From positions 87,546,001 through 87,610,000 of the forward strand of contig CM052817.1 in assembly GCA_028534125.1 (NCBI GenBank): 64,000 nucleotides of DNA. The letters run 5' to 3'. This DNA comes from Lama glama (lineage: Eukaryota). Made by a program: the position numbers and the translations under genes. Positions within the stretch are counted from its first letter, which is position 1. Each line of letters begins with the position of its first letter. Of the stretch, positions 25,439 through 39,230 are shown one piece after another. The notes below the pieces were generated by a model. It saw only the letters and a program-made list of their open reading frames with translations, was not told the origin of the DNA and did not search any database.

Positions 25439-26545
25439 TGTAACTGAGCAGGATCCTGTGGGGACTTCCAGGGTCAGACCCCTCCCCCAAATCCTCTGCT
25501 GTAGCTCCTCTCCGAAGTACTCAGATAATAGTATCTCATGTATATTTTCCGAGTTTTTCACATGCCTAAAACCGCCGCCAAATGGAAGAAACGAACTACT
25601 TAATGATCAAGAGCTTCTAACGCCTAGGGGTTGATAGTGTTAGGCATTTACATAGAAATAAGCACCAGGCAAAGGGAGAGGAAGGGGGAGGGAGCAATCC
25701 AGAAAATAACAGAATGCCTGAACTCAGGATAAGGGGCTCCAAAAAGTTTTACTTTCTCTAAATGAGGGCCAGCAAAGAAGCCGGCTAGCATCAAACGCTT
25801 CAGCTGTGCAGTAGAGGGAAGGACCTAGCTTAACTTGACCCAATGCTCATTATGGTATAATTAACATTGCAGTTTGAGTCCCTCCCATAGGTTTCTGTGT
25901 GTGCAACATGGGTAAAAACATGTGTAAAAGAGATGGATGGGCCTGAGCACAAGGAACATGGGCTGTCAATCACCCTGAACACAAGGAACCTAAGCTGTCA
26001 GTCAGCCTGAGCACTCAAAGAACCTGACCTGTGAATCAATCAACCAACCACAAAAAAATGCCCCCTTACAAAAAACAAGAAAAACAAAGGAGAGGGGCCA
26101 TTTTTCCTTTCTTGGATTGGTCCACTCTCAATTCTTGGGAGTGCACTATATTTTACTGCGTTTTTACTTCACTAATAAAATTTTCTATTTATGTCACATT
26201 TTCTGCCTCTCGTTAAAAATTCATTTTTGGAGGGTGACTAAGAACGAATTAACTTTTATTCTCTTCCTCTTGGTAACAAGATGTTGACCACCCTGTTCCC
26301 TCGTCGTCAACCAAAGAATTGTGCACGGACTGATCACTTACCCTGAGAACGCCACCCCCCCAACCCTGCCCCCTTACCTGGCCTTTATACTTTGCTGAAA
26401 CCCTTCAGGGAGTTCTGGGTTTTCTTGGGCATAAGCCACACCGTCTTCCTTGCTGGGGCCTGAAATAAGTCTTTCTCTGCTCTGAACTCATTTCAGTTTG
26501 TTTGTCCTACGGTGCAGTGGGCACACCAATTTACCTTCAGTAACA
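25439..26545 (+). mobile_element. Solo LTR (ERV1-class) hosting a nested LTR
   Basis: TGTAACTGAG...TTCAGTAACA termini; perfect TSD AATA (25435-25438, 26546-26549). Confidence 0.88.
25638..26278 (+). mobile_element. Nested solo LTR with three ~32-bp U3 repeats
   Basis: TGTTAGG...GGTAACA termini, AATAAA at 26174-26179, repeats at 25941-26038; TSD unclear (only AG shared). Confidence 0.75.
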
Positions 26546-28847
26546 AATATATTTCTCTTGTAATAATTATGCTACTCTATCTAGGGTATTTAATCTTTCT
26601 TGGTTGTTAAATTAGAGTTTTAATTAGTTATATATTGATGACATGCTGATTATTTATAAGGCCAGTGTCTCAGCTAGATAAACGAAGAGGGATTCAGCCA
26701 TGACTCAGACATATCTTGGCACATTTGGTGAGCCACTGGAATTGATTGCCAAGGATATGCTTAGACAAGGGATCTAGAAGTCTTCTATGAGAGTGCTCAT
26801 TCTCAGAAAGATGAGATTCACAGCAAATTAGCATTTCGTGAGAAAAATAGCATTAGATAGGAAAAATAATTTTAAAAATGTATATTTTTGTATTGTCGAG
26901 TTTCTTCCTGCCCTTCATTTTGGGAAAGATCATATGAAAAAAGATCTAGGAAAAAAATATGATAAACGAGAAAAGAAAAAAAAGATAAAATTTTCTCTGA
27001 ATTATCTGTAAGACATGGGCAACCACATTGCCTCAATCACTTTTCTGATTCCTATGTAAAGAACTTCTTGAGTAAGATAAATAGAAACATATCCATTTCT
27101 GTATGGCAGGAATGCTGTACAGAGACCCAAAGTTCTGGGGTGAATATCCGGAAACACGCAGAGATAGCAGGATGGATAGTCAAGCTGTGTCATCTTGTTT
27201 CAAGGATAGAGCACAGAATCCAGTCTTACCACTTGTTAGACATAGTAGGAGGCAATATTGCTGTAGCCAGAGCCAAAAAAGGGCAACAGTTGCCTCTTAA
27301 TTGTGAGAAAAGATGTAATACTTGAATACTCAGGTTCCATGTGACAATCTTTAAAAGATCACATTTATAAACGTACATTGATGAGAGATTCCTGCATCAG
27401 GGCAATGAATTTGTGGAAGGCAAGAGTTAATGCAATAGTGTGGGTTAAGATGAACTGCACCAAATTCTTTTTGTTATGTCAATTATGACTATATTTTTTT
27501 AACAACCAAACTTAGATATTCTGGAAAAACACAGGCTGCACAATCAACATTTACTTTACATTGCTTTGGCAAACACACTGCATTTTTAATTTAAATAGGA
27601 GATTTCTTTTTCTTCTTTTTAACCACCTCAAATAGATACTTTCATAAAAGGCAGGAATAAGTAAAAAAGAACTAGAAAACTTTCTGTGTAATTTATTTTT
27701 AATCAGTTCATTTAATGGTTAAAAGAGCAGATGATAACTAAAATGTCAAAGGAAAAGAAAATGATGGTTCATAAAAATACAGCTGTCTTCATTTGAATGC
27801 AATTGGATTCACGATGTTAAAAACATAGAAGTTTAATAACCCCGCAGATGGTCCTTGAATTGATCACATTTGTGGTATTTAAAACCAACCAATGTTGATA
27901 AATAAAAAGAATGGAATTACTCCATATTAAGAAAATAAAGTTTTTATCATCAAGTCTTTATCTCATTAACCTCTCATTAAGCTCTAAGTAAACTTTTCTT
28001 TAAATCATTTTTTTCCACCCATTTTTTTACACAACTGTTTATTTCTTATGTATGCATAAGTATTGTGCTAGGTGATACTTTTGAAAGAACAAGACACAAA
28101 CTTACCTGCAAGTTCTCATTATCTTTTTTGGATGTTACAGTGTTGGCGAAGTGTCCCCCAATAACTATACTGCCCACAAATAATTATATTCCTCTTTTTT
28201 ACTAATAAAAATAATTTAAACCTAAAATATGTGTGCCCATATAAAGAAATCTGCTGATCCTTTAGAAAAAGATAGACATTGTCCTTTTGTCCTCTTTCCT
28301 TTCTCCTCTCCTCCCCAGCCAGTGAGGAGATGGGATGATGAGACCTAGAATAACAGTGCATTGGAAGCCATATTGAAAAGGGCAGCAGAACATTATAGAG
28401 GGCAGTTAGATGCCACACCCAGTAAAGCTGCTATATTGGCCCAAAACTCTACATGGAAGGAAATAAAATTCTATTATTTTGCATTCCCTGTTAGATTTGA
28501 GACATAAAAAACAGACTTGTATTTTTAACACATATATAGATGATATAAGACAATAACTCTTTACTTTATTAAGCCTAAACATGTTTATAATAAAATTTTA
28601 TAATTTCTACTTAATAGTCTGAAACTAAATGGATGGAAAATATTACTAACAGTTAATTTTAGAATATATTGTATAAATCAAATTATAATGTAATGATAAA
28701 AGCAAGAAAAGCAATTTATTTATTAAAAATGTATTTCAAAATGAAAATTTGAGCAAGCCTATATTAGAAGAAAAAAATGCAGTGGTTCAATGCTTCATTT
28801 ACATATAATAATTTAAGGCTCTAGAGTTCTTCAATATAAGAAGTACA

Positions 28848-28930
28848 GAAAGGAAGAAAGGAAGGAACGGAGGAAGGAAGGAAAGGAGGAAGGAAGGAAA
28901 GGAGGAAGGAAGAAAAAGAGGGAAGGCAGG
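28848..28930 (+). repeat. (GGAA)n-type purine microsatellite
   Basis: Read directly. Confidence 0.95.
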
Positions 28931-31279
28931 AGAGGTGAGCTAAAAAATTTTTAATTAAAAATAATAAAACAAAAAGCTATAGGAAAGTTGTGAGGCACAC
29001 ATCTGGTATCAGTATCAGATTACATTTAGAAAACAAGAAAAATGAAAAATAATACATAATTTCTATATGCAATATACATAACATGGATTTATCATTTTTG
29101 GACAAAAACAAAAATATATACGATGGAAGTGGTATTAAATATTTTAAAACAAATTCCATTAATGAAATTCAATATAATCACAACTTTTCACTGTGAATTT
29201 AATATTATTCAAATTTTCTTAAAAAATAATTCTGTTAACAATCATTTCAAATCTCCTGTTATATATTTGCAATTTCTTTTGTTGCAGTAGGTACACCATC
29301 AACATAAAATTACTTTCAAACAAATATGTAGCTGCAAATGTATATGTAATCTATATGTAGGTGTAATTCTTTCCAAAGAAATGACCATGAAAGTCTTAAA
29401 TGGACCCAAAAGATTTTACAACTCAACTTATTATAATATCTTTCTTATGCCTCAAAGTCATCTTCTAGATCAACTTTTCTTCCTCCAAACTCCTGGTTAA
29501 CACATTCCACACTCACTTCACATAAATTCAATTTTGAAATTTCATGCTGATTTAAAATCGTAATTAATTTTTGATAACAAATGACAGCAATATGTTTCCA
29601 AATCATTTTGTTTAAATCCATTCCCATTAAATTTCAACCAATATGGGAAACTTCAAAAATTCTCATGGGTAAGGCTATTTTTATATAATGTATAGTTTTT
29701 GGTAATTCCCTGATCATTCCCTACATATTAGTGAGATATACCTCATTCCCATGTAGCCTAAGACAAACCTCTTTTAACTTTGCAAATATATCTGACAAAT
29801 TTATCATACCATTTGCTATATTTTAATTTTAATGTTTAATTTTTCACTGAATAAAAATCTACAATGAAACAGTGAAAAATATTTTTAAAAGTTTCTTCGA
29901 AGGGTCATTGTAGTTCAATGTGAAGGATAAAATGTTACCAAAAAATCTACCATTCCAGAAATTACTATATTTTTTACATTGATCATTATTTTACATTATG
30001 CATTAATAGCTCAGTAACTTCATTGATTCTTGAAGTCTTTTTCAAAGTTCTTGGCAACTAAGTGCTATTGATAAATAATGCAATAAATTGCTAAAACACC
30101 TGGTGTTTCCTTTTTAAGTTGGCTGTAAACCTGTTTTACCCACTAACCCGAGTCAGTGTTCCATCTGTTGTACAAGCGATGTCATTGGAAAAGGGAATTA
30201 TTTTTTCCTGTGAACTGATTTTAAAGGTTTCAAATGTTGACAAACTCTGTAAAACAGCCTGTTATTCTAAATGACATCCCCTCTATTATTTTTTCATTCT
30301 TTTTGAACTGTGCATATGGTAACTTCAGTTTATTATATACTTCATTTTTCTTTTGCTTTTTTATTAATCTAAAAACAGTGTTTTTCTCAATAAAAAGAAA
30401 CAAACTATTACATTTGAACTATCTTTTATCATATAACTTATAACTTACATAACATAACAAATAACTTACAGCTGGTAAGATAAATTTTTCTCTAATATTG
30501 TATAATTCATCATATTTTGTATTATTTGTACTCCCTATAAGACAGAAAAGAAGCCTAATTGTTCTGGGTTTAAGAGTTTTTAAGTATCTGAATGACAGCA
30601 CAATACTTTCAAAAAATTTCTTTAAATTTCAGAATTATATGGTTAATGTGTTTCTTTTTAAAATTTGCATTTATTCTCAACATTTGTGCTGCTTAATTAG
30701 AAAAAAAGTCAGTAAGTTAAATATATTCATGATGTTTGTTTTGGAATGAAGTGATAAATCTCAACAACAAAAATTCAACAGAATAATTTAAACAATTTTT
30801 CTTTATATTTAGCATTTTAAATTAAGATCTCAAATCACCATTATTGTAACAAATGCAATCATAGACTGATACAAGTATCAGTGTGGGGCCTGTATTGATG
30901 ACTCATATACCATAAATTGTATTACCAAGGATAAGATGATTTTTCACAACGTTAAACAACTCTTGGTTAAGTTTCAAACAAAGCAAATTTCAATCTCCCC
31001 CAAATTCACCTACTATTTACCTTTAATGTATATGAAAGCTGTGTAAAATCTATTTTATATTTATGTGCAAAATGGAAGGCAATTCTAGGCCCTATTTAAA
31101 GTAGTCACCTTACCCCAGTCACTGTCTATCAAATAAACCCAGTTTATTTGTCCTATATCATTTTATAAACTCTGATTATATATTGTTTATTTTGTCCTTC
31201 TAGTCATCCATGTATTTCCCCTGCCTGACACACAGATACACACTTATAATCATAACACGCACCCTTATGCTCACACACA

Positions 31280-31395
31280 ATCTGAATTTGCACTGTCTTA
31301 AAGAGGGGAAACCTTGTCTGCCTTCCTCAGTGCTCTCCATCCCCAAGACAGTCTGACACACTGTAGGCACTCAATAAATATCTGTTAACTAAATA
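31280..31395 (+). mobile_element. L2 3'-end relic
   Basis: ACCTTGTCTG..CTGACACACTGTAGGCACTCAATAAATATCTGTT. Confidence 0.65.
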
Positions 31396-31417
31396 TATGT
31401 TTTATATTTTGATCCTT

Positions 31418-31515
31418 TTATTTGAGATAACTGTATTGCTCTGCTAAGTGAATTTCATGTCATGGTTTCTATTATTTGAGTTAAACGTATTGCTCTGCTA
31501 AGTGAATCCCATGTC
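31418..31515. repeat. 54-bp-period tandem duplication
   Basis: TTATTTGAG..GTATTGCTCTGCTAAGTGAAT..CATGTC starting at 31418 and 31472. Confidence 0.9.
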
Positions 31516-34127
31516 CAAGGCACAAAGTAACTACAAGATTAGAACAATGCAACTGGAACACTGTCCTGGTGTGATTAGCAGCAGCCATGTCTTACAGTGA
31601 TTATTTTAATGTTAACTACCAAAAAACTTTAACATCAGAAGATAAACTGTTTTGTAGTTTTCATTTCTAAACTAAAAGTGAAATGAGCTGATTCTAACAA
31701 TTGTAAAATGCATTATCCACTTACAAACTTTAACAAAAATTGACATCCTTAGGCACTCGTGTGAGAAACAGGAAAAGAACAACTGCCTTCAGAATGAGCC
31801 AAGGTACCCTTTCGCAGGAATGTTGAATGATGGTTTGCCTAAGGAATACCAGGATTACTCACGTTTGCATATTTAGATTAATAGTACATTTCTACAAGGT
31901 TTGTGTTGTAATTAGAACTTAAGTAACATTTGTAAAGTGTTATCTATCAGAGTCTGGAGAGACCCAAAGAGAATGTATGTCATTATGCAAAATTACTAAT
32001 TAAGTACAAGTAATTTAGCAGATAATTTACATGTTCATTTTATAATAGAAATTATTTAGTTTTAGGGTTCTCTTTGTATTTCTAAAGTAATCTTGACCCA
32101 AGGGATCACAGACTGCTAAGAAGAAGTATAAATTATAGAATGAGACATATGTTTAACTGGCTCATAGAGCTTTTGTTGTAGCTAATGATTCCTCTAACAG
32201 TAATTGCATAAGGGAAAACATTTTCTTTTTAAGTAAATAATGTTCATTACCTCTTAAATCTACTGTCACTTGACAACATTAATGTGGAAAAATTTCTACC
32301 TTCTTGATTAGCTCTCCAAGGATATCCAGCAGCTTTAAATTAATATTGATCAAACAGAAACCATCATATCCATCAAATTGTTCCTACAAATATGGATACA
32401 CAGGAAAAAATATTTCAATAGATTCTGGAAAGAAAAACACTTACTCTCCTGAAATATAATGTAAATGTACTGTAAATTATTAATATGAGGAAATTATGTT
32501 AGAATGGGTGATTTATTTTGTGGCTACTGATAAGCACTATCTCTGCTGAGACATCTCAAATATTTCAATATTAAGGACTCATATCTGTATTAGTCAAATC
32601 ATGGCCATATTGTGTTAGTAATTGTTACCTTAACATTGCAACTTTGGGAAGAAAAGAAAATAACCTGCCTTCCTAAACTGATTTTTTTTATCCAAGTTGT
32701 CTGAAAGCTCCATGAGGGTAGGGATTCTGTTTATTCACAGCGTTAGTACTAATAACCTGAGGCACATTTTAATGTAGGTGACAATTTCCTCCAGTTCTTT
32801 TGGTTTAACTTGTTGTTGGTTTTTAAGTAACATTAAAAATTTTTATATTTAACTATTTCATATTATTTTTCTAATTGTTTTTGATATATATATTTAGCTA
32901 TTAAGTTTCCTCTGATAATTACTTCAGTTGTATCCCAGATTTGATATGTCCTGTTAAAATTTTGAGAAGTGTCGTAATTTGATGTCTGTTTCCAGTTTCA
33001 TACAAGAGTTAATACTGTGTGTTAATTTCTATGTAGAAGGACTTTATGTTTTTCAATTTTAAATTAAAGTTATAAGTTTCTAGTTTTATTGAAAATAGTT
33101 CAGAGAATGCTCTTTGTTTTATTTCTATTTTTTGGAAGGTATTTTTTGTGGTATAAAAATTGTCAATTATTATGAACATTTTCTTTGCACTTAAAGTGTA
33201 GTATCTCTATCTAGGTTAAGATTTCAATATATAAAATCTAAGTTAGTGATAACAAATGTTCATTACTTTCATGTCTTTACAAAATTTTTGCTCATTTGAT
33301 CTGCCTTGAATCAAGAGAGATGTATTCAATTTTATTTCTATTGATAATTTTTGTTTATTTCTTGACACTGTTATAACTGCTTTTGAATAAGTCATTTCAT
33401 TCTTTGCATAAAAATTAATGACTGTTACAGTTTCACTGAGAAAAATTGTTTTTAACTTTATAAAACTGTATATTATTTTATACTGTCTTTGGCTTAAAGT
33501 TTATCTTTTCAGATACCAAGATTTTAACCTCTACTTTCTTTGCATTTGAGAAGTGCATATTAGTGTATCCTTTTACTTTTTATCACTTTTGAAGGTTTTT
33601 TTTTTTAGATCTGTCTCTTGTACAGTGCATAATTGTTAGCTATTAAAAATCTTTCTATTGGTGATTTAAGCGCATTTAATTATTGACATAATTAATATAT
33701 TTAGCCTCTAATCTCATATTTTAAAGTTTTAGTCACACAGAGGTTTATCAATATGTGGCCATTTATTCTCTTGTATATTTTAATATTTAGAAAGGTTTGT
33801 AGCTTAAGATTAATGTTTACTTTTATACTAATATATTTTAAAATATTCTTAGTCTTCTCACTTCTTTCAGATTCTGTCCATTGTTTCCTCGTGAACAATA
33901 TTGAATTTAACAAGCAACATTTTCTTCCTCTTCCTCTCCCTTTCCCTCCAAATCCATTTTGAAGTAATGTCTTGTACTCTCAGTTAATACTTGAAGGCAA
34001 TTAATTAATTCTACTTTCCATAAACTCTCAATTTGCTAAACCACTTTTGCTTTATCTAAAGTAGCAGAGCATTTAACTCACATGTACTTTATCATCTTCC
34101 TTGTATCTGTCACTTAGATTTTCTCTT

Positions 34128-34261
34128 TTTATTTTTTCTTTTTGGGGGGAAGGTAATTAGATTTATATATTTATTTATTTTTGATGAAGATATTGGGGAT
34201 TGAACTCAGGACCTCGTCCATACTAGGCATGCCCTCTACCACTGATCTATACCCTACCCCA
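34128..34261 (-). mobile_element. tRNA-derived SINE (camelid vic-1-like)
   Basis: Minus strand GGGTATAGATCAGTGGTAGAGGGCATGCCTAGTATGGACGAGGTCCTGAGTTCAATCCCC with A/B boxes and A-rich tail; 16-bp TSD ACTTAGATTTTCTCTT (34112-34127)/ACTTGGACTTTCTCTT (34262-34277). Confidence 0.88.
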
Positions 34262-34712
34262 ACTTGGACTTTCTCTTACAGAAATATATATACTTTTAAT
34301 GTTTTTCACTAGTTTCAAGTTGATATCCTCAGTAGTTTTCATTTTCTAAAGGTAATTGTCTAGTAGATTTCCTCAGGAAAACTTGTGGAAACAATAGCCC
34401 CCGAGTGCTGTCATATTCTTAAAATCTGTCCATTGCCTTTACATCAGAAGTTCAATTTAGATGGATGTAAAATCTTTTCATCATATTTTCTTTCCTTAGA
34501 ATATTACATGGTTTCCTGGCATAAAATGTTACTGTTCAAAAGTTTGATGTCAATCTGATTGTATTCCTTTTATAAGTGACTTGAACTTTTTGTCTGTAAG
34601 CTCAAAGAATGTTTTTCCTTTTGCTCTGAAGAAAAATAATTTTGCTAGGATATTTCGTGGTGGTAGGTGTCATCCACTCTAGGTTGATTTTACCAGGTAC
34701 CAGGTATATACA

Positions 34713-34716
<4 letters not shown>

Positions 34717-34778
<62 letters not shown>

Positions 34779-34808
34779 GATAGATAGGTAGGTAGGTAGA
34801 TAGATAGT
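34717..34808. repeat. (TG)28 followed by TAGA/TAGG tetranucleotide repeats
   Basis: Read directly. Confidence 0.97.
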
Positions 34809-35129
34809 GTTGTATGTAGTTTCCTCTTGACATTATCACAGTTATTATCATTTTTCTTCCAGGTTAAATTTCATTTCTATATTTTTTTCCCTTAGAATTC
34901 ACTTATATCTAACATGATTAGATTTCCTTTCTACATCATCTTTTAACATCATCTTGTCCAATCTCATTTCTAGATTTTTCTAATGTAGATGGATACTGTT
35001 TTTCATAATTCCTAAAATTTTCTCTAAACTTTTAGTTAATTTTGCAAGAGTAAGGTAAAATTTTTATCTGTTTTCTGTGCATGTCTTTTGAGCATGCTTT
35101 TATTGTAAGAATGTTATCCTGTTTCTTAT

Positions 35130-35495
35130 TATTGAGGGCTAAATTGCATCACCACCCCCAATTTGCATGTTCAAGCCTTAACTTCCAGTACCTCAGAATG
35201 TGACAATATTTAGGGATTGGGTTCTTAAAGTTAAATGAGGTCACTAGGGTGGGTATTAATCCAATATGACCCATGTTCTTATACAAAGAAGAGGTTAGGA
35301 CATAGATGCAGAGGGAAGACCATGTAAAGACAGAAAGAAGACAACCATGTACAAGCCAGGGAGAAAGGTCTCAGAAGAAATCTACCCTGCCGGCAGCTTA
35401 ATCTCAAACTTCTAGCCCCCCAGAACTATAAGGAAATAAATTTTGGTTTAAACTACCCAGTCTGTCTTACTTTGTAATGGCAGTCATAGCAATTT
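35130..35495 (+). mobile_element. MLT1A/B-like MaLR LTR
   Basis: CAGTACCTCAGAATGTGAC..TTAAATGAGGTCACTAGGGTGGG..AATCCAATATGAC..TACTTTGTAATGGCAG. Confidence 0.85.
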
Positions 35496-36632
35496 TTCTT
35501 TTTTCTGAGAAAGTCACTGTAGGGGACTAAATTTTACCTTTGTTAATTAGTCTTGGAAAATGAGTTTTCCTACTCTGTTTTCATGGGAGGACAGACCAGG
35601 ATAACGTTCCTGTTTTGATGGGAATGGCTCCCTGTCCTAATGTCACAGAAAAAAATTTTAGTGTCTTTATGTTTTCTAACATCTTTAGTCATTGTGGTCT
35701 TCCTCTATTTTTATTTGTTGCTTTTGTTTCCTTTGCCCTAATGTCCCTAACATGCTCAATTTAGAGTCTAGTCATAAGATTTTTTTCCTCAGTGCATGAC
35801 TTTGGTCAGAAAGGAAGATTTTATTGTTGACTTTCACGAGTCATAGAGTCTAGACTGCCTCAGAACTGACTCCTTTGACTAGTCCCCTCTATTCAATTGT
35901 AAATCAAAACCTGTGAACCATTCAACTGCTCCATCTGAAAGAGTCAGTTGCGTTTGGTCTGACAAAATTTCATGTGAAGTGCAGACATAAATATTTTCAC
36001 TTTCCCCACTTCAAGGCTCTCAGAATTCTCTTTATCTCCTTTTTAATACTTCTGCATAGATGCTGATTCCACAGGTACCTGTTTACTAAGGGGTCATAAT
36101 TACTCCATTTTGGTTCAATATTAAAGGAGATTGAAAAACTATGTAGCAACCACCATCTTGCTGCCAGCCTAAATGTGTCTGCTTGGCTACTTTAATTAAT
36201 GTTCCTAAACTCAGTGAAGTATAAAAATACAATGGTGGACCCCCTCACACATTTATAAGATTACTGTGGAAGGGACTATACTTATTTGTACCTTGAAAAT
36301 ATACTTTCCTCCCCCATTTCTATTTTCTGCATAATTCTAACTTCCTGTTCATTCAGTTCATTGCATTAGCAACATAATTGATCCACTTTCCAACATTTTG
36401 CCCTTTTTTGTTCCATTGTTCTCTCTTGTACCCTTGCAAGATTGTGCACCCCTAGGAGGTACTATAAGACTAATGGCTGATTAATTATGGTACATATGTT
36501 AGGACCAGTGAATCCAAGATCAGATTATTACTCCATTGTATTTCAGCGATGTGAAATCCTTGGTCAGCTAATATATCAATAGTTATGCTTCATTTGGTTT
36601 AATTTGTTTCATGAATTATTTATCTTAACTTT

Positions 36633-36653
36633 TATATATATATATATATACAC

Positions 36654-36695
<42 letters not shown>

Positions 36696-36706
36696 AATAT
36701 ATATAT
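36633..36706. repeat. (TA)n microsatellite, interrupted
   Basis: Read directly. Confidence 0.95.
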
Positions 36707-36944
36707 TTTTATGCCTCTCAGGATTTTCACATCATTGACATCTGTACCTCCTGTATGTATTGCATTTAAATGCACCAAGATATGATCAGTTCAGCTAGTA
36801 GCCACTAGATGTTTAAAAGAGAAAAAAGAGAGACATCATTTCTGAACTCACAACGTAACAAAAAATAAATTCCAGGTAGACTGTAGATCTGAATGTGAAA
36901 AATTAAGTTTTCAGATAACAGCAGAAAAACAAGCCATAATCTGA

Positions 36945-38770
36945 GCTCTCACTCACCCAACCAATGATTTGTTTACTATCTCCATAGTTTTCAATTTTTC
37001 CACAACGTCTTATAGTTGGAATCATATAGTATGCAGGTTTTTTCAGAATGAAGTCTTTCACTTAGTAATATACGTTTAAGATACTTCCATGTTTTTTCAT
37101 GGATTGATAGTCATTTCTTTTTAGAATTCAATAACATTCCATTCTTCAGATGTAGCACAGTTTATTTATCCATTTACTTGCTAAGGGACATCTTGGTTGC
37201 TTTCAAGTTTTGCAATTATGAATAAAGTTGCTATAAATGTGCAGGCTTTTGTATGGATGTAAGTTTTCAATTCATTTGGGTAAATGTCAAATGAAGCATT
37301 GGTGAACATGATAAAAGTACATTTAGTTTTGTAAGAAACTTCCAAGTAGTCTTCTAAACGGCTGTCCCATCTTGCAGTCCTACAAGCAATGAATGAAAGT
37401 TACTGTTACCACACATCATGAGCATTTGGTATTGTCAATATTTTGGATATTGACCATTCTAATAGGTATGTGGTTTCAAGTATGCAATTCTCTAGTGACG
37501 TATGATGTTGAACTTCTTTTCATATGCTTACTTGCCATCTGTATATCTTCTTCAGTGAAGTGTCCATTAAGGTCTTTTGCCCATTTTTAAACCAAATTGT
37601 TTATATTCTTCTTGTTGTTTTATTTTGGATACGTCTTTTATCAGATATATCTTTAATAAATATTTTCTCCAACTATGTGGATTGTCTTCTCATTCTGTCC
37701 AAATTGTTTTTCACAGGGCAGAAATATGTAATTTTTATAAAGTTTGGTATATCAATTATTTCCTTCATGGATCATGTCTTTAGAGTTATATCTAAAAAGG
37801 CATCATCATACCCAAGGTCGTAAGATCATCTATACATTTTTTTTTCCTGTGTCATCTTCTAGGAGCTTTAGAGTTTTGCATTTTACATTTAGGTCTATGA
37901 TCTATTCTGAGTTAATTTTTGTGAAAGGTGTAAAGTCTGTGTCTAGATTCACTTTTGTGCATCTGGATATTCAGTTGTTTCAGCTCCCTTTCTTGAAAAG
38001 ATAATCTTTTCTCCATTGTATTGCCTTGGCTCACTTGTCAAAAATCAGTTTGGGTATGTTTATATGCATCTATTTCTGGGACCTCTATTCTATTCTATTG
38101 ATCTCTTTGTCTGTTCTTTTACCAATACCACATTGTATTGATTACTACAACTAAATAGTAAATCTTGATGATAAATAATGTCAGCCCTCCAACTTTGTTC
38201 TTCAATATTATGTACACAATTGTCGGTCTTTCGCCTCACCATATAAATTCTAGATATGTCAGTATCAAGAAAATAATTTTCTGGGATTATGAGTGGAATA
38301 GTATTGAATCTACAGATAAGATTGGGAAAAAATGACATCTTGATGACATTGAGTCTTCCCATTTATGAGCATGGAATATCTCTCCATTGGTTTAGTTCAC
38401 CTTTGATTTCTTTCATCAGAGTTTATAGTATTTCTCATATAGATCTTATATAGATTTTGTTAGATTTATACTTAAGTGTATCATTTTGGGGTAACGAAGA
38501 TAAATAATATTGTGTTTTAATTTAAAATTCCACTTGTTCATTGTTGGTATATAAGAAATTGATTAACATTTGTATATTAACTTTGTATCCTACAATCCTA
38601 CAACTTTGTAACCTACAACAAGCAATTGCTATAATCGCTTATTAGTTCCAAGAATATTTTCGTCAATTCCTTCAGATTTTCTACATGAATGATCATGCAA
38701 TCTGTGAAGGAAGACAATTTTATTTCTTCCATCTCAGTCTGTATACCTTTTTCTCATTTTCTTCTCCTTA
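36945..38770 (-). mobile_element. L1 (L1MC-like) 3'UTR and ORF2 fragment
   Basis: Minus peptide MGRLNVIKMSFFPNLICRFNTIP is ORF2-like; antisense 3'UTR motifs. Confidence 0.9.
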
Positions 38771-39230
38771 TGGTACTTTTATTTTTAATTTTTTGAGGAA
38801 ATTTCATACTGTTTTGGTAGTGACTCCACCAATTTACCTTCCCCCATTAGTGCACAAGGGTTCCCTTTTCTCCACATCCTCTCAGTCCTTGATATTTCTT
38901 GTCTTTTTCATGGTAGCCATTCTAACAGGTGTGAGGTGATACTGCACTGCGGTTTTGATTAGCATTTCCCTGATGATAAGTGATGTTGAACATCTTTTCT
39001 TGTCCCTGTTGGCCATCTGTATGTCCTCTTTAAAAAATATCTATTTCAGTCTGCCCATTTTCAAGTCGAATTATGTGGGTATTTTTTGCTGTTAAGTTGT
39101 ATGACTTCTTTACATATTTTGGATATTAACTCTTTATCAGATACATAATTTGCAAAATTTGTCCCACTGTGTAGGTTGCCTTTTCATTTTTTTAAATGGT
39201 TTTCTTTCCTGTGCAGAAGCTTTTTAGTAA
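38770..39230 (-). mobile_element. Second L1 ORF2 C-terminal fragment
   Basis: AGCCATTCTAACAGGTGTGAGGTGATA..GTTGGCCATCTGTATGTC..GTGCAGAAGCTTTTTAG; covers the same ORF2 portion as 37330-37750, so it is a separate insertion. Confidence 0.8.

Larger units (their letters stand above)
32800..35100 (-). mobile_element. Very old L1/HAL1-like relic, interrupted by a SINE and microsatellite
   Basis: T-rich bias with L1-antisense motifs (TAAGTTTCCTCTGATAATTACTTCAGTTGTATCCCAGATTTGATATG; AGTTTGATGTCAATCTGATT). Confidence 0.5.

Noticed and set aside
25941..26038. CRISPR-like array of ~32-bp repeats
   Set aside because: Head-to-tail repeats without spacers, inside an LTR, in mammalian DNA, with no cas genes.
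34190..34261. tRNA gene
   Set aside because: No proper acceptor stem; it has a SINE tail and TSDs.
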